A stretch of 64,000 bases of DNA, taken from NCBI GenBank assembly GCA_028534125.1, contig CM052818.1:22198001-22262000 (forward strand), given 5' to 3'. The position numbers and the translations under genes are program-made. This stretch comes from Lama glama (taxonomy: Eukaryota). The notes under the pieces are model-generated. The model ran no database searches, was not told the origin of the DNA, and was given only the letters and a program-made list of their open reading frames with translations. This document shows, in pieces, positions 10,274 through 22,238 of this stretch (position 1 is the first letter of the stretch; every line of letters starts with the position of its first letter).

Positions 10274-13200
10274 GTATGTTAAAACCCCACACAAGCAACA
10301 AGTTATCAGGGGTTAGGAATACATTGGAGAAATGCTGTTTCTAGTTGGGGGAGTTTTAAGTCACTGGCATGAGTTTTCTAAACTTACTGGAGTATTTATC
10401 TTTTCAGAACTTTGGGTTGTGGTAAAGAAAGAAAAATATATTCCTGACAGTTTTTCTGAAACTGCTGTGTGGCTAGGGGGGCATTTAATATGGCTTTTTA
10501 TCTGTCCACCAATCAGCTTGTTTTCATGAATACCTGCTATGTGGCCAGGCCTGTGTTAGACAGTGTATCAATGAAAGGCAGTAATTGACTAAATCATGTG
10601 GTACAAACTATTAAGTGCGGTGGCAACTTGGAGATGAGAGACTGGTGTAAGATTTAAGCAGGCTCAAAGGGGCCCAGCGCAGGTGAATAAGAAAAAGACA
10701 TGGAAGTTGCCTTTTTAGATGGTAGTAGAGTAGCTTAAATAAGCAAGGCAAAGGCAGGCAGACACATATTTTTATTTCATCCTTGTTATATTATAACTTT
10801 TTGCTAGAACTTAGAACATTTGCTGTATGAAAGATGGAGCAAAAAGATTTTCTCCATTTCTCTCGAATACACAGGGAGTCTTCCCTGTAATACTGGGTTC
10901 AAAATCTGTGTCTCAGGACTTAATATTGCTAGGACAGCATCACTGCCAGGGTCTCCTGCCCCCCGTGGTGTCCTCTGTAAGTCCAGGAGCTGGTCCAGTG
11001 GAGTATATCACCTTTGATTAAGAATTAGTATCTTGGTTGTCTAACATGGCAGCCTTTTTTTTATTTTTCAAAAAATGTGCTTGTGTTCACTTTTGCTGGG
11101 CTCCCCACTTGTAAGGCAGGCAAACAGTGGGCAGTGTGCAGCCCACAGATCAGTGTTATCAACAAGGTCTTGTTGAGCATAGGCTACGTGACAGCCTTTG
11201 TGTTAGGGATGCCATGGTAGAGAAGGGACTAGTCCTGCCTTCAAGGAGCTCCCATCCAGGAGGTGAGAAGGATGTGTAAATAAATAATTTTCATTGAATG
11301 CGGTGAGTATGATAACCAGTGTGTGTAGGAGGTACAGGGGATGCCCAGAGGAGAGGCAGGGGTTAGTGGGGTCAGGGCAGGGGAGGGGGTTGACATTGAA
11401 CCAGTATAAGGTACATGTGGCAGAGAATGGGGATGAGGAGATACTAGAAAGCCACACGGTGAAAGGTCCTAAAGGAAACCTTTAGGTAAAAGGGAGCCAG
11501 TGAAGAATTTCTCAGTGGGTGGAAACAAGAGTGTCCATGTCTGTCTTAGTACCTATGGCTTTGGCCAAGGATACTGCTGGAGAAATTCTCTAGTGTCTGA
11601 AATACCAGTCAAGTGATGGTTAGCCTCTCATTTTCAGTCCAATTTTTGTTTTCTCTCTTTTATTTAGAGAGTAGGAGTTGATTGACCATAAACTGCTTCC
11701 CTGAGCCCAGAACCATTTGCCTTTTGTGAGGCTTTTAGACAACTTCCCAAGATGCCTTTTTTAGGGGAACAGAGAATTGTGATCACATTTGTGCTCTCAT
11801 CTGTTTACCAATTAGCAGACCAGGTCCTCCTCGCTATTGTTTCTGGGGATCAGGAAGTCAGGAAATCCAACCTACTGGAAGACCTGCTTCCATCCAGGGC
11901 TGGCGAATCTCTTGTTCTTAAAGGAAGGGATTTCTGCCCCCTTAGTTTGCTAGTCTTTGATGGGTCTTATAGAAATTCATCATCTGCTGGCTTCCTAAGT
12001 CAGGGAAGTCCGTGGGAAGGAGGAGACGGAGTAACAGGCCAACCGTCTGAATGAACCTTCGTGCTGTGCAGCACCTAAAGGTGGGTGACAGAGGAGCCAC
12101 CAGCCTCCTCTTCACCCAGAGAAGTCCTCCTGGCTTTCCCTGTGGTCCCTGTTACAATTTAATTTTCTAACCAGTCTTTTCATCATCATCATCTGCCTCT
12201 TCCCGCGCTCTGATTTTTCTCCATGATTTTCCAGCTCTAGAAAACAAAGGCATGAATCACTGAAATTCGCCCGGTTTGGTTTCCACCTTCCTTGCCCAGA
12301 GTCTAGGAAAGCCACTTTTATGTTTCCAGCTCAGTCAACTCTTTATTATCCAAGTGTGAACTTTATACTCCATGGGTGGTCTGTAACGCGAGGCTTCCTC
12401 TTGCTCCCCAACACACTTTTACCATATTAATCAGGATGTGTTCAGAGCCTGGAATAGAGTTTGGGAGGAAAACACATGGCCAGAGCACAGTGCTTCCTTC
12501 CCAAAGCCACGCGTCAGTTTTTCTGGATTATCCACATCACTGACAGGATAACCTTGAGGTTCCTGAATAGGAAAGTATAGAATCGGATGTAAGTGATGAA
12601 GCCTCAGCCTGTCACATGCCTGCCCTGTCCTTGAGGTCCTCTGAGAGTGTTGTCCCAGGAGGTGTTTGTTGGCGCTGGGAGTCCCAGGCTCAGATGAGCC
12701 CTTCTGGGTCCTAGCAGTGCCTCTTCACATTCTCATCTGCCTTTTTTCCCTGAAAGGCATCACAGTGCTGGGTGTTCCAAACTCTGCTGCTGCAAAGAGG
12801 CTCCTTTATGTCCCTAGCAATTTACAAATGAAAGAGGAATAAATGTTCCTTTGTGCCTACTAAGGATTTTCTGTATCTTTTAAATATAGTGATGAAACAT
12901 TAATGTTACTGCAAAAAAAAAAAGTTGGTTTAAATTTTAGCACCAACACCTTTTTCCTTCTTCAGTTTATTTGATCATTAGCTTGAGTTTATTCAGTCCA
13001 GTAAGTACAAAAACATCAGTGAAGGTGTCATTTATTTGTTCTTTAATTCTGAAAAAAAAAGGTTAAAAAAAATTCATTGGAGCCATTGGATGACCAATTC
13101 AGTTTTTAAAGTTTTGACCCTGAAATTGAGGGCACATAAAATAAAGACTTTTGTCATATATTTGTGTTTTGACTTTGCGAGATTAATAGGGATTTATATG

Positions 13201-14171
13201 AGGTGATTAAGCAATGGGCATGGATTTGCTGGGGAATTTTTGGTGATGAATGGCCAGCTGGCAACACAGCCTGAGCAGAGGACTGGACTTCTGCTCTTAC
13301 AGGCCGCTTTTCATTCCGAGATGTCAGAGCCTTTATGGAAATCAGCTCATTAATCCTTCAAGTCCCTTCCTTCCCCTTATTCCTCCATCCCTCTCTCCTC
13401 AATCCAGTTTACTGTCTCTCTCCTGGTGCAAAGGCAGTTTCCGAAATACTGAAGGAAAACTAAGCTGACCTAGGCCAGAAACTAAGTGAGAATAGGGGTC
13501 AGCTGCTGGCCTGGAGACGCTGGCCGTGGGCACCATCGAAGAGGAAGTCGTCTCAGTCCCGCTCATGGCCTGGTCTGCTACCCTTGCTGAGTGCAGATTC
13601 CAGCTCTGCTGTCCCAGCTGGATCACAGGCCCTGCCTGGAAAGGAAGAACTTGTAAAAAGCCCTGTCAAGTAAGAGTAAGACGAGAAAAGATTTATTTAC
13701 TTTGACGGAGAGTTGGAATTACTATTGTTTGGGGCTTAAAATTTTTTAGAAATCAGTTTGGTTATCTAGCATTGCCTTTGGTTATAAAAGGAAAAAACTG
13801 TGTGTGTGTTTCCTTTTAGTAAATGTGGTGAACTATATGGACTATCAGACTCCGTGCGATGGATGATGTGATAACCAGGAAGAAAAATGTCCTACTGAAT
13901 TCCCACCCCCCCTTTTTTCTGACTGCCAGTGTAGTGTCTACTTATCATAGAAAGTTAGAGAAAAGAAGAGAATATAAGTCTACTCTTACCAACATCCAGT
14001 GGAACTCACTACTATTGGTTAACAGTTTTATGTATGCTGCAGCCACTTAATCTTTTTTCCTAAGCTTTTTTTTTAATGTATTGAGATTATGCTGTATGTA
14101 TGTAAATTATAGCTTACTTTTCCCACTTAACAGTATCATGAAAGTGTTTGCTCTTATTATTAAAAACTCTT

Positions 14172-14790
14172 TATGGTGTAGCTGCTATGGAAAATAGTAT
14201 GGTGTTTCCTCAAAAAATTAAAAATAGAATGACCATGTGACCCAGCAATTCCACTTGTGAGAATAGACCCAAATGAATTGAAAGCAGTCTTAAAGAGATA
14301 GTTGTATGTGTTCTAGTTGCATTATTCACAATAGCCAAAAGATAGAAGTAACCCAAATATCCATTGATGGATGAATGGGTAAACAAAATGTGGTATATAT
14401 GGACAATAGAATATTATTCAACCTTGAAAATGAAGGCAATTCTAGAACACAGTATAACATGGATGAACCTGGAAGACATTGTGCTAAGTGAAATAAGCCA
14501 ATCATAAAAGACAAAGACTATGTGATCTACTTATGTAAGGTTCCTAGAGTAGTCAAATTCACTGGGATGGAAAGTGGAATGGTGGTTGCCAGGGGCTGGG
14601 GGGAAGGGAGCTAAAGGGTTAGTGTTCAACTAACAGAGTTTTAGTTTTATAAGATGAAAAGAGTTCTGGAGGTTGATGATACAACAGTGTAAATGTACTT
14701 AACACTCCTGAACTCCTGCACTGTGCACTTAGAATGGTTAATTAAGATGGAAACTTTATACTTTACTTTATCATAACTAAAACAAAATTT
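14172..14790 (+). mobile_element. L1MB-like LINE 3' end
   Basis: gctgctatggaaaatagtatgg...gacccagcaattccactt...gatggatgaatgg..aaacaaaatgtggtatat...aacctggaagacattgtgctaagtgaaataagcca. Confidence 0.85.
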
Positions 14791-14827
14791 TAATGGCAAA
14801 CATTACAAAAAAAACCCAAAAAACCTT

Positions 14828-14924
14828 GGGGGTTTGGTATAACTCAGTGGTAGAGCATGTGCTTTTAGCACGCACAGGTCCTGGATTCAATCCCCAGTAC
14901 CTCCATTACAAACAAAAACAAAAA
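14828..14924 (+). mobile_element. tRNA-Ala-derived SINE (Vic-1 type), diverged
   Basis: ggtataactcagtggtagagcatgtgct..gtcctggattcaatccccagtacctcc followed by a CAAAA-type tail. Confidence 0.85.
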
Positions 14925-15211
14925 CCCTTTGTACTCTGTCATTCCTCAGAGGTTATCATTATCCTAACTTTTTATGATAATTATTTCTTTGCTTTTCTTT
15001 CTAGTTTTACGATTTTTACATCTCTAAAAATACAATGCTTTTGCCCATTTTTGTATTAAGAAAAAAAACTTTGAAAAATCGTTTGTTAAAGGTAACATAT
15101 TTCTGTCACCTGAATAATCAGTCATTAGGTTTACCTTACCATTGTTCCATTGCTGGCCATTCAGTTTCTTTCCCGTTTTTTAATGTCATAAATAACATTC
15201 CAGTGAAAATC

Positions 15212-15242
<31 letters not shown>

Positions 15243-15252
15243 AAGAGAGAGA
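15212..15252. repeat. (TG)12 microsatellite followed by a short GA run
   Basis: Read directly from the sequence. Confidence 0.9.
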
Positions 15253-15819
15253 GGTTCTGTGTGATTGTGGGTTATTGCCTAAGATTTTATTTCCAGGCAT
15301 AAAATAAGTTAAGAGGATAGGAGAATTTTTTTGATCTTTGCCATATTGATTTCCAGAAGAGTTGTGTCAGTTCATCTTCCCACCAACAGTGCTCAGGACA
15401 CCTCCACCAGAATTTTAACTAAGATCTTAAAAATTAGATGAAGGAAATTTTTGCTTTTTGGATGCCTTCTGTGTGCCAAGCTCTGTTTTAGGAGATTTGT
15501 AAATATTATTTCATTAACTTTTCTCAAATCTCGCTTTATATCAGCAAATCTGCTTTTCTACGGTGAAAACAATTAGGGAGACAAAGCTGGTGCAGTCAGC
15601 ATTTCAGCTTGGCATGAATTAACAGATACGTCCAATGAGTATGGTTTTTTGTTGTTGTTTTTTTGTTTTGGGGTTTTTTTTTCCCTTCAGTTTTCACTTC
15701 CTACATTTCAGCACAGAAGCTGCCATATGTTAGCATTTTATTGACTCAACTTAGTTAAGGAACTTCCCCTGGGCTCTCCACAGAGCGGTGCTCAGGTCTG
15801 GTATACTATGCACTCTCAA

Positions 15820-16160
15820 CCAGAGGGTCACACTGACAATGCATTGGATTAAATTGGCCATAGGCATGTTTTGTTTGACTCGAGCAGGGTTTAAATATAT
15901 ATGTGTGTATATATATATATATATATTTAAAAATCAGTTACTGGCATTTAAAAATCAGTAAATTTCACAGTAGATTAGGATTCCCAGCTTCTTCTGAAAA
16001 GCCAGAAGTTCTGGCATCACCAGGCTCGGATTCCCACGTGGCTGCTAGGTATTGGCCTCCCTCTCTCGACAGCACACACTCTCTGTACTTGCCTGCTGTC
16101 TCCTCCCAGCCACTGCCCTCGTGAGGTAGCCTGCCCAGCTCCCACATGAGAAGTCTGTGA
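15820..16160. mobile_element. MER102-like hAT-Charlie remnant with an internal (TA)n run
   Basis: cccagcttcttctgaaaagccagaagttctggcatcaccaggctcggattcccacgtggc resembles the MER102 interior as I recall it. Confidence 0.55.
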
Positions 16161-17159
16161 CTCTTGGCACTGGCATTTATGAAGTACCAGACTGACCGAT
16201 GGTGAGTTTTCACTCCAGGCAGTAGTTCTTAGTGCCAATGGCTACAGTCCTCACCTCCAGAATTTCTGATTTTTTGGTTGAAGGTCTGACCCAAGCACTG
16301 GTAGTTTTATAACTCTCCAGGAGATTCTAAAATGCCATCAGACTGAGAACTGCTGATGTTTTCCTGTGTATTCTTGTGCCTCCCAGCTCCTTAAGGGAGA
16401 GGGTGAAGGAGGAGCAGGCATGCTAGAGGGCACTTGTATTTTTCTTCTGACTGTTGGCAGTTCTTCCAATTGCCAGAGATTGAGTCAAGAAAGAGGGAAT
16501 GACTGTTCCTCCAGCCTGCTGCCCAGGAGATGTAACCATGAAAATTCAGCTCCACGGGCGTGCCAGAGTGAGGGTCCTTGCCATTGTGTAGTTTCACATA
16601 AGAGCAAATTTCTGGGGTTGGTTTGCTTAAAAGCTACCGTAGCAAGACAGGTCAGTTGCCCTCAGAAGTGCCATTTAAACTTGATACTCTGGTGTGGTTG
16701 GTTGTCCTGGAAGCTCATGGCGTATTTTCATTTTTTGTGGTGACGCTTAAATAGAATAGACTACACTTGTATCACTTCACTCAACAAATATTTATTAAGC
16801 CGTGCTGTATGCCAACCTATGTTAAATATAGCAACTACTTATTAAAATCCCTACTTCAGTGTAGAGAGGACAACAGAACAGGGTCTTGACAAATAGAATC
16901 ACAGACCTAGAAAGAGTCATCAAGTTTATTGTAGTCCCCTCCTATCCCCACGCATTTGGGAAAGTGCAGCCCAGAGAGGTCAGGGGATTTGCCCATTTTC
17001 ACGCAGCAGACCAGGTACAACTACCTGACAATAACTAATGTTTGTTCAGGGCTTAACTCCCCGCTCCTTGTCAGGCTCTTTCTACTGGACAACATTGCCT
17101 CCATCTATCCAGTGTTTTTGTATCAGGGATTTGAATGGTGGTATCTTAAGCATTGTCTA

Positions 17160-17350
17160 CAATGGTGCTTCTCAGACCTTAAGGTGCACACGAGTCATTT
17201 TGGGGGGGTCTCCTTAAAATGAAGGCTCCCAAAAAAAAAATGCAGCTCCCATTCAGTCGGTCTGGAGTGGAGCCTGAGATTCTGCTTTTCTGACAAACTC
17301 TGAGGTGATTTTGATACTGCTGGTTCGGAGAGACAGTACCTGTTTTGAAG
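17160..17350. mobile_element. MER5A-like hAT-Charlie MITE; a partial copy lies at about 16255-16355
   Basis: attcagtcggtctggagtggagcctgagattctgcttttctgacaaactctgaggtgattttgatactgctggt. Confidence 0.7.
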
Positions 17351-20300
17351 TTCAGGGGTCAGAGAGTCAGCCACCGTGATCATCCTGCTGCCTCCCCTGA
17401 AATACTCCCACCTCTACACCCTCAGTCTCAGGGCTTATGATTGGCGCCTGGAGCCATAGGAGAGGCTGAGGCTACGGAAGGAGTAAGCCCAGAATTCTTT
17501 CCCTATCCACCTGGGATGACCTGCACTGAGGGACCACCTGGTCCCAGTGCTCTCTGTAGGGAGTCCACACTCCCTGATTCGGGCAGCCATCCTAATGGAC
17601 TCAGTGCCTGGGGTAGGACGCAGGCTTTGTTGACATGCAGTGCATATTTATCATCTTGAAAATAACAGGCTGATATTCTGGTGGGAAAAACAGGCTCTCA
17701 GGAATACAAGAGCAGGTCCCAAGGTCACTAGGAAAGCAAACTTGGGAAATAAATGTTTGAATAAAACAGTGCTGATTGGGGAAGAGGTGATGGAAGGAGC
17801 TTATGTTTGTTGTGGACCTCCTCTTCATGCTGGACCTAATGGTATGTTACCCCAAGGTAATTCTTATTTGCAAAAAGTATTAACTGATTGACCCATCCAC
17901 TCCCCTATGCAGCTTCCCACCAGTGCTCCTGACACCCCCTATTCACTCCTCCATCTCCCTGGTACTTAAACTTCCAGTCGCTGCTGTATCTCCTTCCCTG
18001 TCCACCCCTTATCCATACTCTAATCTGTTCTCCCCATTTTCCTTCATTCTTACTGGACCCCACTAAGCCGAGATGGTATGCTCCTTGAAGGCCTGGGATT
18101 TAAGTATGTAAGGAAAATGTGCTTATAGAGACAAAGCTAGGGCTTGCTTTTGTGTGACAATCCCAGTTCTGCCCCAGGGGGGTCTGTGGCCAGCTGCAGA
18201 AGTCCTGGTTTAGGGTTCTGTTTTGCTTTACAGCTGAAGACAGCATTTATTTTCTAACCACCAGATTTATTCACACGAGAGACTACACTTCCCAGGCAGA
18301 AATCCTGGGATTTAGGTCCAATTGCATTTTCCCACTGTCCCTTAGTTCCTCCCAATTCCCTCATGCCGCCTGGACTGGTTCCCTCCCCAAGGAAGAGGTC
18401 CTTCTTTCACAACTCCTCGGAGGGGCCTCAGTCCTTTGCCACAGTTGCAGGTTGCGTTGCACTCCCATGCTGCTGAAACGAGTCCAGCTGAGATGGATTG
18501 TTAAAATACTCTGATGATCATGTGGCATTTTAAGGCTATCATTTGTGGTCCCTGCCAAAACTTTAAGGGAAGCAAGTCTTAACAGGGATGGTTACTTACA
18601 TAGCAAGTTTCCAGGCATTGCTGGGGGTTGGGCTTGCTTTTGGTTTGTCTCTTCTATGCTCCTTTTCTTTTTTTCAGAATAAAAGTTTTCCCAGTACTCC
18701 CCCACCCCTTTTTAACTGCTTTTCTTTCAACCTCCAGATTTTACCGGGGAGGGAGATTCTCATCGGGACCCTTCTTTAATCCCCCAGCTCAGCCTATTCA
18801 AAGTCTCTCTGAGCCTCGTGCATATTTGAATGATGAGAGAAATGAAGTTGGTGTATTTTAGACCCAAGCGTGTTGACATTTGTTTGCTTCCCTTTCAGAC
18901 TTCTCAGGAATGTTCAAGGTCATGATATCTCGGGATGAGATCCTGTTTGTATTTTTTAAAAACAGAGAGAAACATTAAGTTAGTACATTTCAACCCAAAC
19001 CAATGGACAAGGTGAAAAACATTTTCTTGATTAGCTTTTCCTTTTAAAAATATGTCAAGTCTTAAAGGAATAAGCTGTTTAAGAAGTGAAGCTTGAGAAT
19101 ATAGGAGGTATTTCTTGTTGACAGGCTGAGCTTATGGAAGCCAGTCAGGTAAAAGCAGTCAGAAGTGATCAGTGTGTTAAACTGAGCCTTTGAGCAAGTT
19201 GCCCGAGATCAAAGCTTCTTCATGTTACAGTGAGAAATAAAAATAGTTCTTTTATGCAACTGCACATCAAGAATTCAACCCCCAACTTTCTACTTTTTAA
19301 ATATGGAAATCTGCAGACCTAACCTGGAGATGGTAGTTAGTTTGATAAAGGGCTCAGAATCTCCATCTTGCGCCACATGTAGACGTTGGCTTCTTGGGGT
19401 ATTGCTATTGGAAGATTCAGGTAACGTTATCATTGCCCAGCTTGCAAGGGATGCAGGTTTTAAATGGCCTCAACACGTTTTCATAATATTATGTAAAACT
19501 CTAATATAGTGGGGGGGGGTTTCCCCTAGAATGTGACATGTTCCATCATTTGAGTAAATGAGCACCCTGGTTACCTTCACTGAGCCATTCCTAATTAATC
19601 CAAGCCAATTCAGATTCACACATAGTACAAAGAAGGCAGTGTCGGAGGCACAGTGGGGAATATAGAGATGAATGATATTGTCCCTATTTCAAAAACCATG
19701 TGAATAAGACAGGTATGGATTTAATTAACTGTAAACAAGGAAGAATTTGATAAATGCTGGAATGAGGTCAAAGTGTATTACAGGAGCCAGCTAGTGGGGG
19801 TTGGAATGTTGAGGAAGTCTCCTAGGAGAAGGGAGAAGTCTTTAAAGACTAGGTGAGATTTAACTGGTAGATAATGTTAAATCGATAGGAGATCAAGTGA
19901 GTTTATACTCATATAGAGCCTATGTTGCTAAGTAAGTTGTGAAGGTCTCATTGCCCAAGTACAAAGGAAGGGATCTTAGTCACGATGCTCAGCATCATGG
20001 GGACCACTTTAGGCATATAAAATGGAATCTGTCTTGTCAGAGTTTAGTTATGAGCCAGTCTAGTTGAAAAGAGCTTATCCATGGGAAACAACCAACGGTG
20101 GCATTCATACAGAATTCTAGTTCTGTAGTACATATAATAAGTATAAGAATTCAGGAAAAAGTGTGGACTGAGATAGCCAGGGAGGCTTTCAAGGGGAGTT
20201 AGGTATTTGAACTGGGTCTTCGAGCATGGGTGTGATTCGGAAACACCAAAAGTGGTGGGAAAGGAGCAGGTCAAGATGGCGGACAGCATGTGCAGTGGCA

Positions 20301-22096
20301 TGCTGGGGAGGATGCGTGTGATGTATTGTGGACCAGCGAGGGGATAGAGCCGAAGAAGACATGGTGTGTTTGGAGAGCAGTGCAAGATTTGATAAGAGAC
20401 CAGTCATGGCAGGCCTTAAATGTCAGCCAGAGGAATTTGGGTCTGATCCAAGAGTTCATAGGAAGTCAGTAAGCTCAGGCTTACACTGGTAAATAGGCTG
20501 CTGTCTCTGTGCACAAGAGATACACTGAGGAGTATGTTAAATCTTTCCAGCCTCCCTCAATGATCAGCAAAATTCCCAGCCCTCCTGGAGGTTAATAAAA
20601 GCTCCCTAGTAGCAACTGACCAGCTCCGGCTGGCACCTGGAAGCCCCTGTTGCCTGCCTGGGCAGCTAGTAACGGGAACAGAGATGCTGCTTGTGTGCAT
20701 TTTAGACTGCATGGCTATTGTCTGCCCAGCATTGCTACGAGGACTGTAGAACCACGGAGTTTATAGCAGGAAAGGGAACTTAGAGATCATCTAATCCAGT
20801 GGAATCCTTTCTTCAAACAGAAGCTTAAGTGGAAGTTCAAGATGTTCAAGATAATAGAGATGGCAAATATGGTGCAAGTTGAGATGGGGGCCTGGAGGCC
20901 CACCCACAGAGCTTCTCAGCCATTGGGAGCCCCAAAAGGGACTAAGAAGAGCACCCTGAATCCCTGTTTCAAAACAAGGATCTAATCCAAACCAATATTT
21001 ATAGATGGGGAAACAGACACAAGGGAGCAGGTGACTTCTCCCTACTTGACAGATGTGTCTGGCTCTGAAGATAGCCCAGATTAGGGACGTTAACAGCACA
21101 TTTGATTTTTGTTTCTGATCCACCTGCTTCCTCTGCTGCAACCTGATCATCCTCATAGAAAATACTGTTACCTCAGGCCCCTGGGCTGCCCAAGGCCCTT
21201 TCTGACAGGCTGTCCTCCTTGGACAGGGCCCCATGCACTAAACTTTCTTGCCATCAAAATTTATGATTTCTAGATCCTTTCCTCAGAAATCCACTTTCAT
21301 CTGGCTGACTGCTGCTTGGTAGTACCAGCAGACCATGCTAACGTGTTACCAAGTGCTAGTAAGTAGATAAGTTCATTCCTCTGGGTCGTTTTCAGCAGTG
21401 ATCTTCTGGAGGCGGTGCCTTTAACTGAAGTCAGTAACTTCAGGGCTGGTTTTCTCAGACCTGTTGGGAGCACTTCTGTAGGCCTCACTCAGCTTCCTGC
21501 TCCTGTGTCCTCAGCTCTGGTACATTTGTCCTGTGTGGCCAGGCTTCAGGCCGGCCCTCGAATGGCTTGTGGGGCATGTGGGCAGGTCTTACATGAATGG
21601 GCCAAGGGAGCAGCTTTGAGAGAGACCTTCTGAAGCTGCACCATCCTTCGTCCCCTCAGCTGCCAGTGATGCCCAGGCTTCCTCAGTGGTTGGCCTGGCC
21701 TGCAGGCCTCTGGAAAGAGCTTTCCACATGCACTGAGGAACATATTCCCCTTTGAGCTGGAAGGGACCCTCACCAGCCCAAAGGCCCTGTGTTCTACGTG
21801 ACCACGGGGAGAGTCACTCTGAGTGGCGCTGGGTGAAGAGAAAAGGCTCTAGCTGTGAACGCACCCCACTGAGGTGGAGGGGAGGCGGGGTCCACTCGAG
21901 GGTCCTGGCCCCTACTCAGCTGCTAGCCAGTGATGTCTGGCCTCTTAACTTCTTTGGGCCTCCGCTTTTATCTGTTAAGTTGGAAGCTCTAAAATGGGAA
22001 ATAGATGAGGGTAGGGGAGGACGTGGTGAGTAATGGGTAGGCAAGTATAAAAAGAGCTAAGTAAATATAGGGAATATTTATTGTTAGATAAGTCTT

Positions 22097-22238
22097 GGGG
22101 GGGTTACTTATTTAGTTTACTAAAACTGAAATTAAATTAGGTTAACTTATTTAGTTTTGGAGGAGATACTGGGGATTGAACCCAAGACCTTGTGTATGCT
22201 AAGCATGCGCTCTACCACTTGAGCTGTACCCTCCCCCC
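22097..22238 (-). mobile_element. tRNA-Ala-derived SINE (Vic-1 type, long tail)
   Basis: The reverse complement reads ggggggagggtacagctcaagtggtagagcgcatgcttagcatacacaaggtcttgggttcaatccccagtatctcc plus a tail. taagtctt is repeated on both sides. Confidence 0.9.
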